Below are positions 15,662 through 28,176 of a DNA stretch of 64,000 bases, in pieces (positions within the stretch are counted from its first letter, which is position 1; each line of letters starts with the position of its first letter). The translations under genes and the position numbers were made by a program. The DNA is taken from NCBI RefSeq assembly GCF_009914755.1, contig NC_060939.1, one strand, 5' to 3'. The notes under the pieces are model-generated. The model worked only from the letters and a program-made list of their open reading frames with translations, ran no database searches and had not been told where the DNA came from. This DNA comes from the human T2T-CHM13v2.0 reference genome, Homo sapiens.

Positions 15662-15727
15662 TCAAAAAAAAACTAAACTAAATTAAAAACCACTAAAGGG
15701 AAGTTCAAAGAACTTGAGAATCCTTAC

Positions 15728-15937
15728 CTCAAGCTGCGTAAAGATTTTCTTAATATGCCTGAAACATCCTTCAGCAATTTCCATGTCTTCTTCATAAGAT
15801 CTTCCTTTAAAAATGGGTTGAGGAGCATTTGCAAAGTATTCATGGAAAGGGAAGAAAGTGGAGACTTCCGTAACATCTGGCAATGTACTACCTTTATTTT
15901 TCACTTTGCTGATATACTCTTCCCAGCGAGACATTAC
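15728..15937 (-). CDS. AQR: AQR coding exon 16/21 (~aa 940-1009, VMSRWEEY...FTQLE)
   Basis: 210 nt, cag/GTA...GAG/gtaagg, phase 0-0. Confidence 0.97.
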
Positions 15938-16576
15938 CTGTAGAAAAAAGGACTTGAAGTTAACTGCCAGCTAATTATGATGTTTTAAAGCATAAAATGA
16001 ATAAATCTTATAAAAACAAGATCTGCTAGGTGAAAAAGAAAAAAAAAGAAATTCAATCTTTGATCCAATATAACTATTCTTCATTCCTGTAACTGACAGA
16101 TTGCTCTTCTGTTATAAAAGTAACCTTGTCTTTGGAGAAAAAAAGGCTCTTTAATAACAAATTTCTACAAACTGGAAAGAGCCTTAACATCATCTCATAG
16201 AACTCTAACTCCGACAGTTCAGATTCTCCACGTAACTCAAGAGAGTTTATTATTAACGCTTAAAAGAAATGTAAAGGAAAGAAAGCTCTCTGGACAAAGA
16301 AATTGCTCATTTTTTTCATCTCTGTTTCTCTCCATATATGGTAAGTTCAGCTTTAGCAGCTTTTTAATCAATTTGGCACTTGTCAACCCTCTGTCAGTTT
16401 TTTAGAACATTTATAAAGAACGTCTGGTTAAGCTGAGTGTGTATTTGAAAGCTTATCTTATGACTTTTGTGATTATAGTTCAATTACTTTGTATAATGTT
16501 AGCTATGCGTCTACCAGCCAGTTACTATGTAACCTCAATTTCTGTAACTCTCCCAGGTCTTTTTCTGTTACTATCT

Positions 16577-16755
16577 CAGTGTTTCTCAAAAGTGTAGTCC
16601 TTATGCAAAATATCTGAGGAGCTAAATAAAAATGTGGATTCCTGGATTCCACCTCTATTGAATGAGAAGCTATAGGAACAAGGGCTAGGGAATTTAACTC
16701 GTAAACAACTTTCCTGATATGATTCTTAAATGTTGAAAACTGCCAATTTACACTG
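16577..16755. mobile_element. MER5-like hAT relic
   Basis: cagtgtttctcaaa start; gattcttaaatgttgaaaactg end. Confidence 0.55.
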
Positions 16756-17728
16756 TGAAGCCTCAAGTTCATTCTTCCCAAATTTATTACATAAACCTTC
16801 TTAATTTATAGGTTATTTTTCCCACTTTTAAACATTATTTTCACTGAAAGCCAAGTAATTTTGTGTCAAAAAAGCATTTAAGCTGATCTTTACTCCTTTA
16901 TGCAAGTCCTAAACAGTCTTGAATCTAATGTAGACTATATTATGTATTTTCCCTGCTTCACAAGAAACCATGAAAGCTGCTCATTTTGAATGGACTTAAT
17001 TGGTTTGTGATATCCACTTACAATGAGCTTACAATATTATAATTTATATCTAAAATATACAATTGGCATTAGAACAAAGAGAACAAATGAAGTTATACAA
17101 AAATCTTCATTAGCCAATTATGTCCTAGTCCATTTAAAATTATTAATAATCCAACTGACTATTAAAGTTTAGTTTTATTCACTTTATTTGGCTATTTCTC
17201 ATTGGTTTTCACACTTCCAAAATTTACCCTAACAAAAGTAAAAGTACATCTTTATGTTGAAGTCAGAAGCCTTTAACTTCAAGACCCACTGTGCAATTAG
17301 TTGTAAGACATAATTTATTTCTGGAAATTTGAAGGAAGAATGTTTTCCTTCATTAGTTGATTAATGTATACAATAAAAGTTAACTGTACTTTGTTGCCAC
17401 TGGCTAGCTAGAATATTTATTTAGTTGTATTTCTACAGTAAAAAAAGAAAAAAGAGTGACTAGAACTTTGCCAATAGAAAGAAAAAAATGTAAAAAGTAG
17501 CAACATTGGTCTTTCACAGAATGAGTCATCAAGCAAAGTTATTTAGAAAAGAAAACTGAAGATAATACAAAATACACTTAACATTCATAAATATAGCACT
17601 TGCAATACCATACATTCTAATCTACTCAAAAAAATAAGCTTTCATGAAGGATCACAAGAACTCATTCCAGCTTCCAACTGGGGTTCATATTATGATGAAG
17701 TATGATTCAAAAACCCTTAATATCTTAC

Positions 17729-17864
17729 CTGGTATAAGAAGAAATAGCCTGCAGTTTCACAGGTATATGAGGCATCTCCTGGAACCCCTAGACTCTTTTG
17801 CAATCGTTTGACTTCTTCTAAAAGTTCTATTCTTCGAGCCAGAACATAATTAACTCTTCCATAC
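17729..17864 (-). CDS. AQR: AQR coding exon 15/21 (~aa 894-939, YGRVNYVL...FFLYQ)
   Basis: 136 nt, tag/G...CAG/gtaaga, phase 2-0. Confidence 0.96.
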
Positions 17865-18044
17865 CTAGACATTTCAATTAGGCAAAATGACAAAACTGTA
17901 ATAAAGAGACTTTGAAGGAAACAATCAGCAAAATTCAAGAAAATCATAATAGCAAAGAAGAGGAAAAAAAACTAGAAGATATGGCTTCTATTTAACTATT
18001 GGTGGTAGTTCTTGGGTTACTTTACACAAAAGCTACTTAAAGTA

Positions 18045-18350
<306 letters not shown>

Positions 18351-19218
18351 TTAGAGTATACTCCATGGAACAGTATTGATCTGCAAGGGTGTTACTGGTC
18401 TAGGAGGAGGGAAAGTCAACTACATCACCAAATACACCATTTAGTTCAGCTCTCAATCTTTCTTTTCACAGCAAGACACTTTCACAAAGAAGAAAGCAGG
18501 ACAGTGCATTCTGGTGCTAGTTCATTTCATCACAGACCAAGAACATGTAAGTTCACAAACTGGCTGCTTCAAACAGCACTGTTTTACACTACATAAAAGT
18601 AGATTAGATCTAAAGGCTTTGAAAAGTAATTTTTAAATGTTTTTGATTATCTCTGTCATCTACATATCCCAATACATAACTTGGCACCCAAACCTAGCAG
18701 GTTCTTAATGTTTGCTGAATCAGTAAGAAAACTGAAGTTTGGAGAGTACCTTGTCCGAAAACACACAGTTAGGGAAGAAAGTAGTGGAACCAGAATTAGA
18801 TCCCAAATTCTATGCACATTCTTTTCACAACACCACAACAACAAAGGGTCTCCCATAACCCTTTAATGCTTAAAATAAGACTAAAATAATTTAATCAATC
18901 ACTGTTGTTCCCATGTTTAAAGACTCAACAAAAGAAGAAGTCATGTTCCTAGCTGTCTGTAGTTCAGAGATTCACATTTGAGGTAGCAAGGGATGATTAA
19001 GAACAAAAAAGAGATCTAAAACATGATCTATGCTTGAAGAATTTTTCAACTTGGAAGGATATAAACATATGGCAGATAACTTTTTTCTGCTTGCTTATCT
19101 ATAAACTTTTATCTACAATGAACACTTCGTTAATGAGAAAAAAATCAGGAATGCTTACAGACTCTGTTAATAAAATGCCAAAATTTTTGTGAAGTAATGT
19201 TAAACTTAAAAAGCAACA

Positions 19219-19926
<708 letters not shown>

Positions 19927-20730
19927 TTACAAATAACAGCATTACAGAAAAAGACTAGCAAAAAGTTGTTTTAGGATAGTGTAATTATGGATAACCACTC
20001 CTTCTCTACAACTTCACCAGATTTTACAATTTTTTTCTTCAGAGAAAGTGATGCTACTTTTATTGTGAAACAATAGTCATAATTTTTCTTTTTAATTGTA
20101 AGAGAAAAAGAATATGTCCAATCAAATATGCAAACTAACAATATCTAGGTTATGTGTCAGAATTTAAAAGTACATTTTTTCTAACAAATTTGGTGGTACC
20201 TGAAATCATTGTAAAAATTCTACCCCTATTCTAATATTCTTTAAAAACCATAAATTCGACTTCAATATAATTGTAATTATAGTCAAATATTCTATTAGCA
20301 CCTTCATGTTCACTGAATTCTGAATTATTAGATTTTAGAGTCTAACCTACCTTTGTAAGTTGGCTTTAAAATGAGGAAATACCTATGGGATGAATTCAAA
20401 AGTATTACTGGCTAATCTGAAATTAAGAATATAGAGCCCTAAATAACTTATGGCATGTTGTTCTTTGCCCCTCTGCAACATAGTGACTTTTTAGAAGCTA
20501 AGTGTTTGGTAAGCTCTATAATACAAGAACTCAAAATAGATGCACATAATAATTTAAAACTCTTTTAATGTCTATGATCAATTCATCAAATATCATGTTT
20601 AATAGCCAAAGGCTACATTAAATATGTCCAGCTGTTAATTGTGCTTATTATCTAAAATTGGGCTTTAAAAATGGATTTAAATATAAATAAAATGAGACAT
20701 TATAAAGCAACTTTGAATGAAAAAAATTAA

Positions 20731-21018
<288 letters not shown>

Positions 21019-21417
21019 TAAATCAACCTCCTAATTGGCACCTAAAATATATGCAAATTAAATTCCTGAATAAGATGTGAAAAAGGAATCATTTAAAGTT
21101 GTACAGTTTTGAACTGGCAGCATGAAAAATTACCTCAATAAATAGAAAGCAAAAGGCAATCTGTTAAAAAGATTAACAAGATCATTCTCTTCATTAACAT
21201 AATTGTATATTTGAAGACAAAATGGCATAACCATACACAACTGGAACTGAGGGACATCATGACCATATTTCTAGCTCAACATATAGTCTTAGTAAGTTAA
21301 GTTAGAACCTTTCAGAATTAAGTTTCAGTATTCATTGCTTTCTTCTTCTTTAATAAAAGAAATGAAAAGAAAATAAAAAATCCTTTTTTACACTGTTACT
21401 CACTCCCATTTGCTCAC

Positions 21418-21527
21418 CTGCTGAAATCTTTCTCTGTCTCCAGCTCTTCTTCTCCATGACCAAGACGCAGTAGGTGGCGCTCATCAATGTCTAATGCCAT
21501 GATTTTCTCAAACAACTGGTTTAGGGC
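21418..21527 (-). CDS. AQR: AQR coding exon 14/21 (~aa 858-894, ALNQLFEK...KDFSR)
   Basis: 110 nt, tag/GCC...AG/gtgagc, phase 0-2. Confidence 0.96.
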
Positions 21528-23800
21528 CTAGACAATAAAGCAAGAAGGGTGACGGCACCTTTAAACGTAGCAAAAACTAACATTTAGAAAGAATCAAAGT
21601 TGAAACACAGAAGGAAATCAGCCTTATATTAGGCCATTTATAATTTAATCAAATAGTATTTATATTGATTTCTGATATTGCCATCTATGTCTATTTGGCT
21701 GTATGGATAACTAGAAACCATAAAACCACCCACCTATTAAACATCTGCTTTTAATTTATGAAACGAGAAAGGCATTGGCTCAGATGCTATTTCTTCCGAG
21801 TTGTAACAACTCCTAAAATAAACAACCACACTGAGTTTCATTTCATTCAACAGCATTTCCTTGGGTTGCAGAGAACTGAAAAAGTTTTTGCAGTTGGAGA
21901 AAGACAATAAGAAGGCAGTGAGTGTGTTGGTAGAATACATTAAGAGGACCAGAAGGTGGAAACATAAATTGCATCTTTCAAATCTTAGTCTGAAAGTCTA
22001 ATGTTCTCAATATAATAAAGAGCAGAGCACTCATTTATTGCAAACTATTCTGATGAAAGTCATTTAAAAGTCACTACTTTCTATCTGTGAAATGTTCATA
22101 ATTAGGGTTCCCTCGAATCCTAGTATTCATTATCTGAACTTCCGCAGTTACAAGGTTTTACAGAAAGGCAAAAGTTTCATAGTATGGAAAGACTCACTAA
22201 TTAAGGTACTATTTAAAAATAAGCCGCCATTCAAACATCTCACTTTCACTAGTCCAACCCTGCCTGTGAAGTCAGCATCCAGTCTTATAAACACCTAGGT
22301 TATATAATGTAGATACAGATATCCTTTACCATCAAAATTCTAGCAATCTGAGCTCTGAAACTGAAGAGATTTAACATAAATTTTCAGAAAAATCCCCCAC
22401 TATCCAAACTCTTGATACTCATCATCCAAAACTCAGTACCCAACAGAGCAGATTACATGGTGTTACTCACTATCCAAACCTTCACTATTCAAACTCAAGA
22501 ACCACATAGATTGAATAAAAGTAAAAACAAAAAACAAAACCCCCACAAACTTGCACACTATAATCCCAGAAAAAACTACATGATTTCATTGTGAATTACA
22601 GTGATTTTGAAGAACTACTTGAATTATACATGCAAATGAAGATCTGGCAAACAAAACAGTTAACTGAAGGAAAACAATCAATTCGATGGGCATCAAGGGA
22701 AATGATTTGAATTTCAAAAAACCAAGGCAGGTGTTTAGCAAGCAGTGAATTATGTGTCTATTTTTGCAAATTAATCTTTTCAATGATTGTGCTATACAAA
22801 TCAATCATAAAGTAGAGGATAACTGTAGAAAGCCATATCAAGGTATGACAAAACAGTAAAAAATATGTTAAAACAACACATGAATTATTCTGTTCATTTT
22901 AAGAATTTACAATAGGTTTTTACAGAACAAATTTTATAAACAGAAGAAAAAAACTTCTTTTCATAATTTGTTTCTTTTATCAAGACAAAGTCCAAATTGA
23001 TCCCCCTTCAACTCCCACAAATTCAGTATATTAGATGCATTATGTCCAATATGTTATGTAATATGTTATTATATAATTATGTATAACATATATTCAGTAT
23101 ATTGGATAAGTTTACTATTTATAAACTTCAAAATATATAAAAATATGTCAGGCAAATGAACTGAAGAGTATTATTTTTAAAACTTTACAAATTAAAAGTT
23201 AATGATCACCAGAGTAACTGATATTTGGCATTCCAAAAACACAGTGCTTCTGTATATACCAACTCAAAGACTGGTCAACTGAAGTCACCACTGTTAACAT
23301 AAACTCCGAGAAAAAACTTTCAGAGGTTTTGACTACCATGCAAATTTCATAATATGCTTCAGGATGTTCTCAGAGTTGCCTGTCTCATTTTATACCAGAT
23401 CTAATAAATGTTACTTGTTCTTCCCTCATTTCTGACAGCTTCAGAATGACTAAAGTAGAATACAGTCCCTTCATGTAATACAGGTGTACATTTCACATGG
23501 ATTTGAAATTTAATCCAGTATCAATGCACTTTAGACCTTAGTCTTTCAGGAATATTCATTCTACTAAATGAAGAAAAATGCTCCCAGTAAGGGTTAATGC
23601 TTATAATCTCCAAGTAAAAGTTCTAGTTTAGTGTAGAAGGAAAAAATAGCAATTTAATTTAATCCAAATATCTAACCATATATCCAAATAGTCTTAGCTT
23701 TTTCACATTGACCCTCTCCAGTAGAAATAAAAGATTGCTTTTATATATCTCTCAATGTCATCTCATTATAAGCAGTGATAATCCAAGAGTAGCTCAATAG

Positions 23801-24177
23801 CAGATACTCCTCAACTTACAATGGGGTTACATTCCAATAAATCTATCATAAGTTGAAAATATCCTAAGTTGAAAACACATTTAACACACCTAACCTACTG
23901 AACACCATAGCTTAGCCTAGCCTATGTAAAACATGCTCAGAACACATATATTAGCTTATACCTGGGAAAAATCATCTAACACAATGTGCCTATTTTATAC
24001 TGAAATGTTGACTATCTCATATAATTTATTGAATAGCGAAATAAGAGTGATAAACAGAATGGTTGTATGGGTACTTGAAGTACAATTTCTGCTGAATTCA
24101 TATTGCTTTCACACCATCATAAAGTCAAAATATTACAGGTCAGAATAAAAGTCAAACCAAAAGTCAGGGACCATCTA
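23801..24177. mobile_element. MER47A-like Tigger DNA transposon relic
   Basis: cagatactcctcaacttac...aagtcagggaccatct terminal inverted repeats; internal gcttagcctagccta. Confidence 0.8.
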
Positions 24178-24285
24178 TACTAATTAGCCTTTCCTGGTAT
24201 TTTGTGGTACCTATGATCAGATTTTCATACAAGGATAAATCATCTATTAATACATTCATTTCATGAATCCTCTGCTCCTTCCTTA

Positions 24286-24757
24286 TGTTAGGAACAAGTG
24301 CTCAATGCTGCAAGGAAGAACCAGCACTCAGACAAAAAGTTTTCTCAGCAAGGCAATTTACTTCTGCAGGTGGGTGCTACCTGCGTCAGTCACGTTTGCC
24401 AAGAGCACACCGAACAAAGGAGAGAAGGGTTTCTATCCCTAATGCAGCCCCTGTATCTGTGTCCTTTCCCCATTGGCTGGAGTAAGACCGCACAATATAA
24501 ACTACCCCGATTGGCTAAAACTTAAGCTTTTCTAAATATGGTCACTGCGTGATGGGGAAGCAAGGGAGAGGAGGGGGTCCTCACGGGAAACCAGGAGCTA
24601 ATGCATTCCCAAATAAGGGAAGGAATGTGAGCCACAAACCAGCTGAGACTTAGGCATGCCAGAATATATTAGGGAACAGGTAGGCCAGGCTCAGAAAAAT
24701 GGAGAACAAAGAATAATGAAACTAGATTTCTTGAAGAGGAACTTATTGTGTCCCACA
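24286..24757 (-). mobile_element. Solo ERV1 LTR (LTR10-family-like), sense to AQR
   Basis: TG...CA termini; 4-bp TSD CTTA (24282-85 and 24758-61); two minus-strand CCAAT boxes; AGTAAA at 24362-24357. Confidence 0.82.
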
Positions 24758-24809
24758 CTTACCTCCCCCTCAACCCCTAACCTGCATACCCATGTGCATG
24801 CGCATGCGT

Positions 24810-24810
<1 letters not shown>

Positions 24811-24858
<48 letters not shown>
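24811..24858. repeat. (CA)24 microsatellite, read as (UG)24 in the AQR pre-mRNA
   Basis: Counted directly; starts at +10 of the exon-13 donor. Confidence 0.98.
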
Positions 24859-24860
<2 letters not shown>

Positions 24861-24867
24861 CATTTAC

Positions 24868-24978
24868 CTGATTGGAATGAGTAACAATTAGAGTCCTCTG
24901 TTCTGGGAAGTTGTGGTAGATGTTGGATATGATCTGAACTGCCACATCTGTTTTGCCTGTACCAGGTGGGCCCACAAC
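24868..24978 (-). CDS. AQR: AQR coding exon 13/21 (~aa 821-857; Walker A GPPGTGKT and start of motif Ia THSNQ)
   Basis: 111 nt, tag/GTT...CAG/gtaaat, phase 0-0; Upf1-like SF1 P-loop. Confidence 0.98.
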
Positions 24979-26087
24979 CTAAAAAGAAGATGAACACATA
25001 GCAAACTACTAAGTCATCACAGTTATCACACATTGTTAGAAAACGTGAAGTACAGACCTGAAAGATAAAATTAACAAATTCAGTAGATGGGCCCAATAAC
25101 AGAATGAACAGGATAGAAGAAGAGTTGGTGAACTTTGAGATAGATCAGTAAGCTACACAACCTGAATAACAGAAAAAAAGATTAAAAAAATAGAGACTCA
25201 TGAATCTATAGAACATTAACAAGTCTAACACTCATGTCAACAAATTCTAAGACAGAAAGGAAAAAGAGTATGGCATAGACAAAATTTTAGAAAAATCATG
25301 GCTGAAAATTTCCTAAATATGGCAAAAGACATAAATCTACAGATTCAAGCAGCTCAGTGAACCCCAACAGAATAACCCCAAAGAAATCCAAGCCCAGATA
25401 TACCACAATTAAATGGTTAAAAACAAAAAGCAAAGAAAAAAAAAAGTCCTGATAGCAACCACAGAAAAATGATGCATTACATATTACAAAAAGATGTTTA
25501 AAATGACTTTGGATTTGTCATCAGAAAACATGGAAGTCAGAAGGAAGTGTAATAACATTTAAAGTGCTAAAAGGAAGAACTATCAACCCACAATTCTATC
25601 TCCAGGTAAAATATCTTTTAAGAAGATGAATTAGAGACATTCTTGCATGAAGAAAAACAAAACTAACTCATATCTAGTAGACATGTTATAAAAAGTGGTT
25701 TTTGTTTTTGTTTTTTTAAAAAGTTCTTCAGACAGAAAATGCTACCAGAGGAAACTTGGAATATCTGGAATGTAGAATAAATGGCAAATATAATAAGAGG
25801 CTATTTTTTTCCTCTAGAGTTCTTTAAAATATGTGTACAGTTGAAAGCAAAAATTCTACTACTATCTGATGGTATCTTAAAGTATTTAGATGTAGCACAT
25901 AAAACAACTACAATACAAAAGGGGAAGGAAGGTAAAGGAAACTTTATGGGAGTAAGTATTTGCCAATCAACCTGAAGTGACATAATACTGATTGTAAGTA
26001 GGCTATGAAAAGTTAAATATATTGCAAATCCCTAAAGCAGCCACTAAGAAAACACTACACCCAAAAATATAATGAAAGAATATGATA

Positions 26088-26370
26088 GGCCAGGCACAGT
26101 GGCTCACACCTGTAATCTCAGCACTTTGGGAGGCTGAGGCAGGCAGATCACTTGAGGCCAGGAGTTCAAGACCAGCCTGGCCAACACAGTGAAACCCAAT
26201 TCTCTACTAAAAATACAAAAATATCAGCTGGCCGTGGTGGTGCACACCTGTAATCCCAGCTACTCAGGTGGCTGAGGCACAAGAATCACTTGGAAAGCAG
26301 AGGTTGCAGTGAGCTAAGATGGTGCCACTACACTTCAGCCTGGGCTAAAAAGTAAGACTGTCTCAAAAAA

Positions 26371-26388
<18 letters not shown>
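26088..26388 (+). mobile_element. Alu with A24 tail
   Basis: Alu dimer. Confidence 0.95.

Positions 26389-26430
<42 letters not shown>
26389..26430. repeat. (TA)21 microsatellite
   Basis: Counted directly; follows the Alu tail. Confidence 0.97.
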
Positions 26431-26435
<5 letters not shown>

Positions 26436-27318
26436 CAAATAAAAACATAATACTCAAAACTATTCAAATAACACAACGGAAGGCATGAAAAGGGAAACAG
26501 AAGAATACAAAATAAAGGGAACAAATAGAAAATAAATAAAAATGATAGGCCTAAATCCAAATGTGTCCTTTAATTTGCATTAAATGTGAATAGTCTAAAC
26601 ACGCAAGTTGAAAGACAGAGAGTCTCAGAATGGATAAAGCAACATACCTAAAGTATATGCTGTTTATAAGAAACTCACCTCAAATATAACGACAAGTAGA
26701 AGTAAAATGACAGAAAAAGAAATATCGTGCAAACACCACTTAAAAGAAAGCTGCAGTAACGATATTAATATCAGACAAAGTAGACTTCAGAGCAAAGAAA
26801 ACTTCCATCAATGAAGACAGACATTACATAATAATAAATGGGGCCAATTCACCAAGACAACATAACAACCCTAAAGGTGTGAAGCACTTATCCATGAAGC
26901 TTCAAAATACATTAAGCAAAAATTGACAGAACTAAAGGAGAAATAGACAAATTCATAATTACAGTGAGAGACTTCAATAGTCTGCTTTCAGTAATCAACA
27001 AAACAACAGACAGAAAATCAGCAATAATAGAGAAAAATTAAATAATAACATCAACAAAATGGATCTAATCAACATTTATAGCACAACCTACTCCAGAACA
27101 ACAGAATACACATTCTTTTCAAGTACACATGAAATAGTCACCAAGAGAGATCATATGCTGGGCCATAAAACAAATTTTAACAAATTTAAAAAGCAAAAAC
27201 CAAAAAATTAAAATCATACAATACATTCTCTGACCAAAATAGACTTTGACCAGAAATCAATAACTGGAAGATTACAGGGAAACCTCCAAATACTTAAAAA
27301 TTAAACACACTTCTAAAT

Positions 27319-27622
27319 CAGTTGTCAGCAGACTCTTTCTGTAAAGAGCCAGAGAGGAAGCATTTTCGGCTTTGCAGGCTAAGCAATCTCTGTTGCAAGT
27401 ACTGATCTCTGCCATTGCAGCACAAAAGTGGCCATAAGCAATGCAGAAAACAAGTGGATGATATATTTGCTAATTACCCTGATTTGATCATTACACAATG
27501 TATACAGTCATCAAAACATCACATCATACCCCATAAATAAGTACAATCATGTCAATTAAAAATAAAACAAAACTTTTAAAAAATGGGCAGTCATGTTCTA
27601 ATAAAACTTTATGAACACTGAA
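27319..27622. mobile_element. MER58-like hAT relic with an inserted L1 3'-end piece (~27455-27580)
   Basis: ttctgtaaagagccaga...ggctttgcagg; L1 tail ccctgatttgatcattacacaatg. Confidence 0.6.
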
Positions 27623-27775
27623 GCGAGCAGCAAGATCTCTAAATGCATAAGAACCTACACTTACTTGTAAACGCTTAAATTCAGCGGGGTTGCTGTACTT
27701 GAAATAGAACGCATTCTAAAATCTGTTACTTACTTCTAGTCTTAATCTATGTTAAAAAAAAAAAAAAAAAGGTGT

Positions 27776-28086
<311 letters not shown>

Positions 28087-28106
28087 AGGTGTAACAATTC
28101 TCTTAC

Positions 28107-28176
28107 CATAGTCAGCCCAGGCTGCATTCCAGCACGGATGGCTTCTATCTGTGTATGAGTGAACTGAATCGTATTA
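28107..28176 (-). CDS. AQR: AQR coding exon 12/21 (~aa 797-820, [13 protein letters not shown]...GLTM; Q-motif region)
   Basis: 70 nt, cag/T...ATG/gtaaga, phase 2-0. Confidence 0.96.

Larger units (their letters stand above)
25040..27320 (+). mobile_element. Old L1M ORF1/ORF2 fragment interrupted by an Alu
   Basis: cagattcaagcagctcagtgaacccc, tcagacaaagtagacttcagagc, gaatacacattcttttcaagtacacatg. Confidence 0.85.

Noticed and set aside
27673-27688. 16-nt identity (minus strand CCCGCTGAATTTAAGC) to the 5' end of 28S rRNA as I recall it
   Set aside because: The flanks do not continue the match; a single 16-mer is compatible with chance
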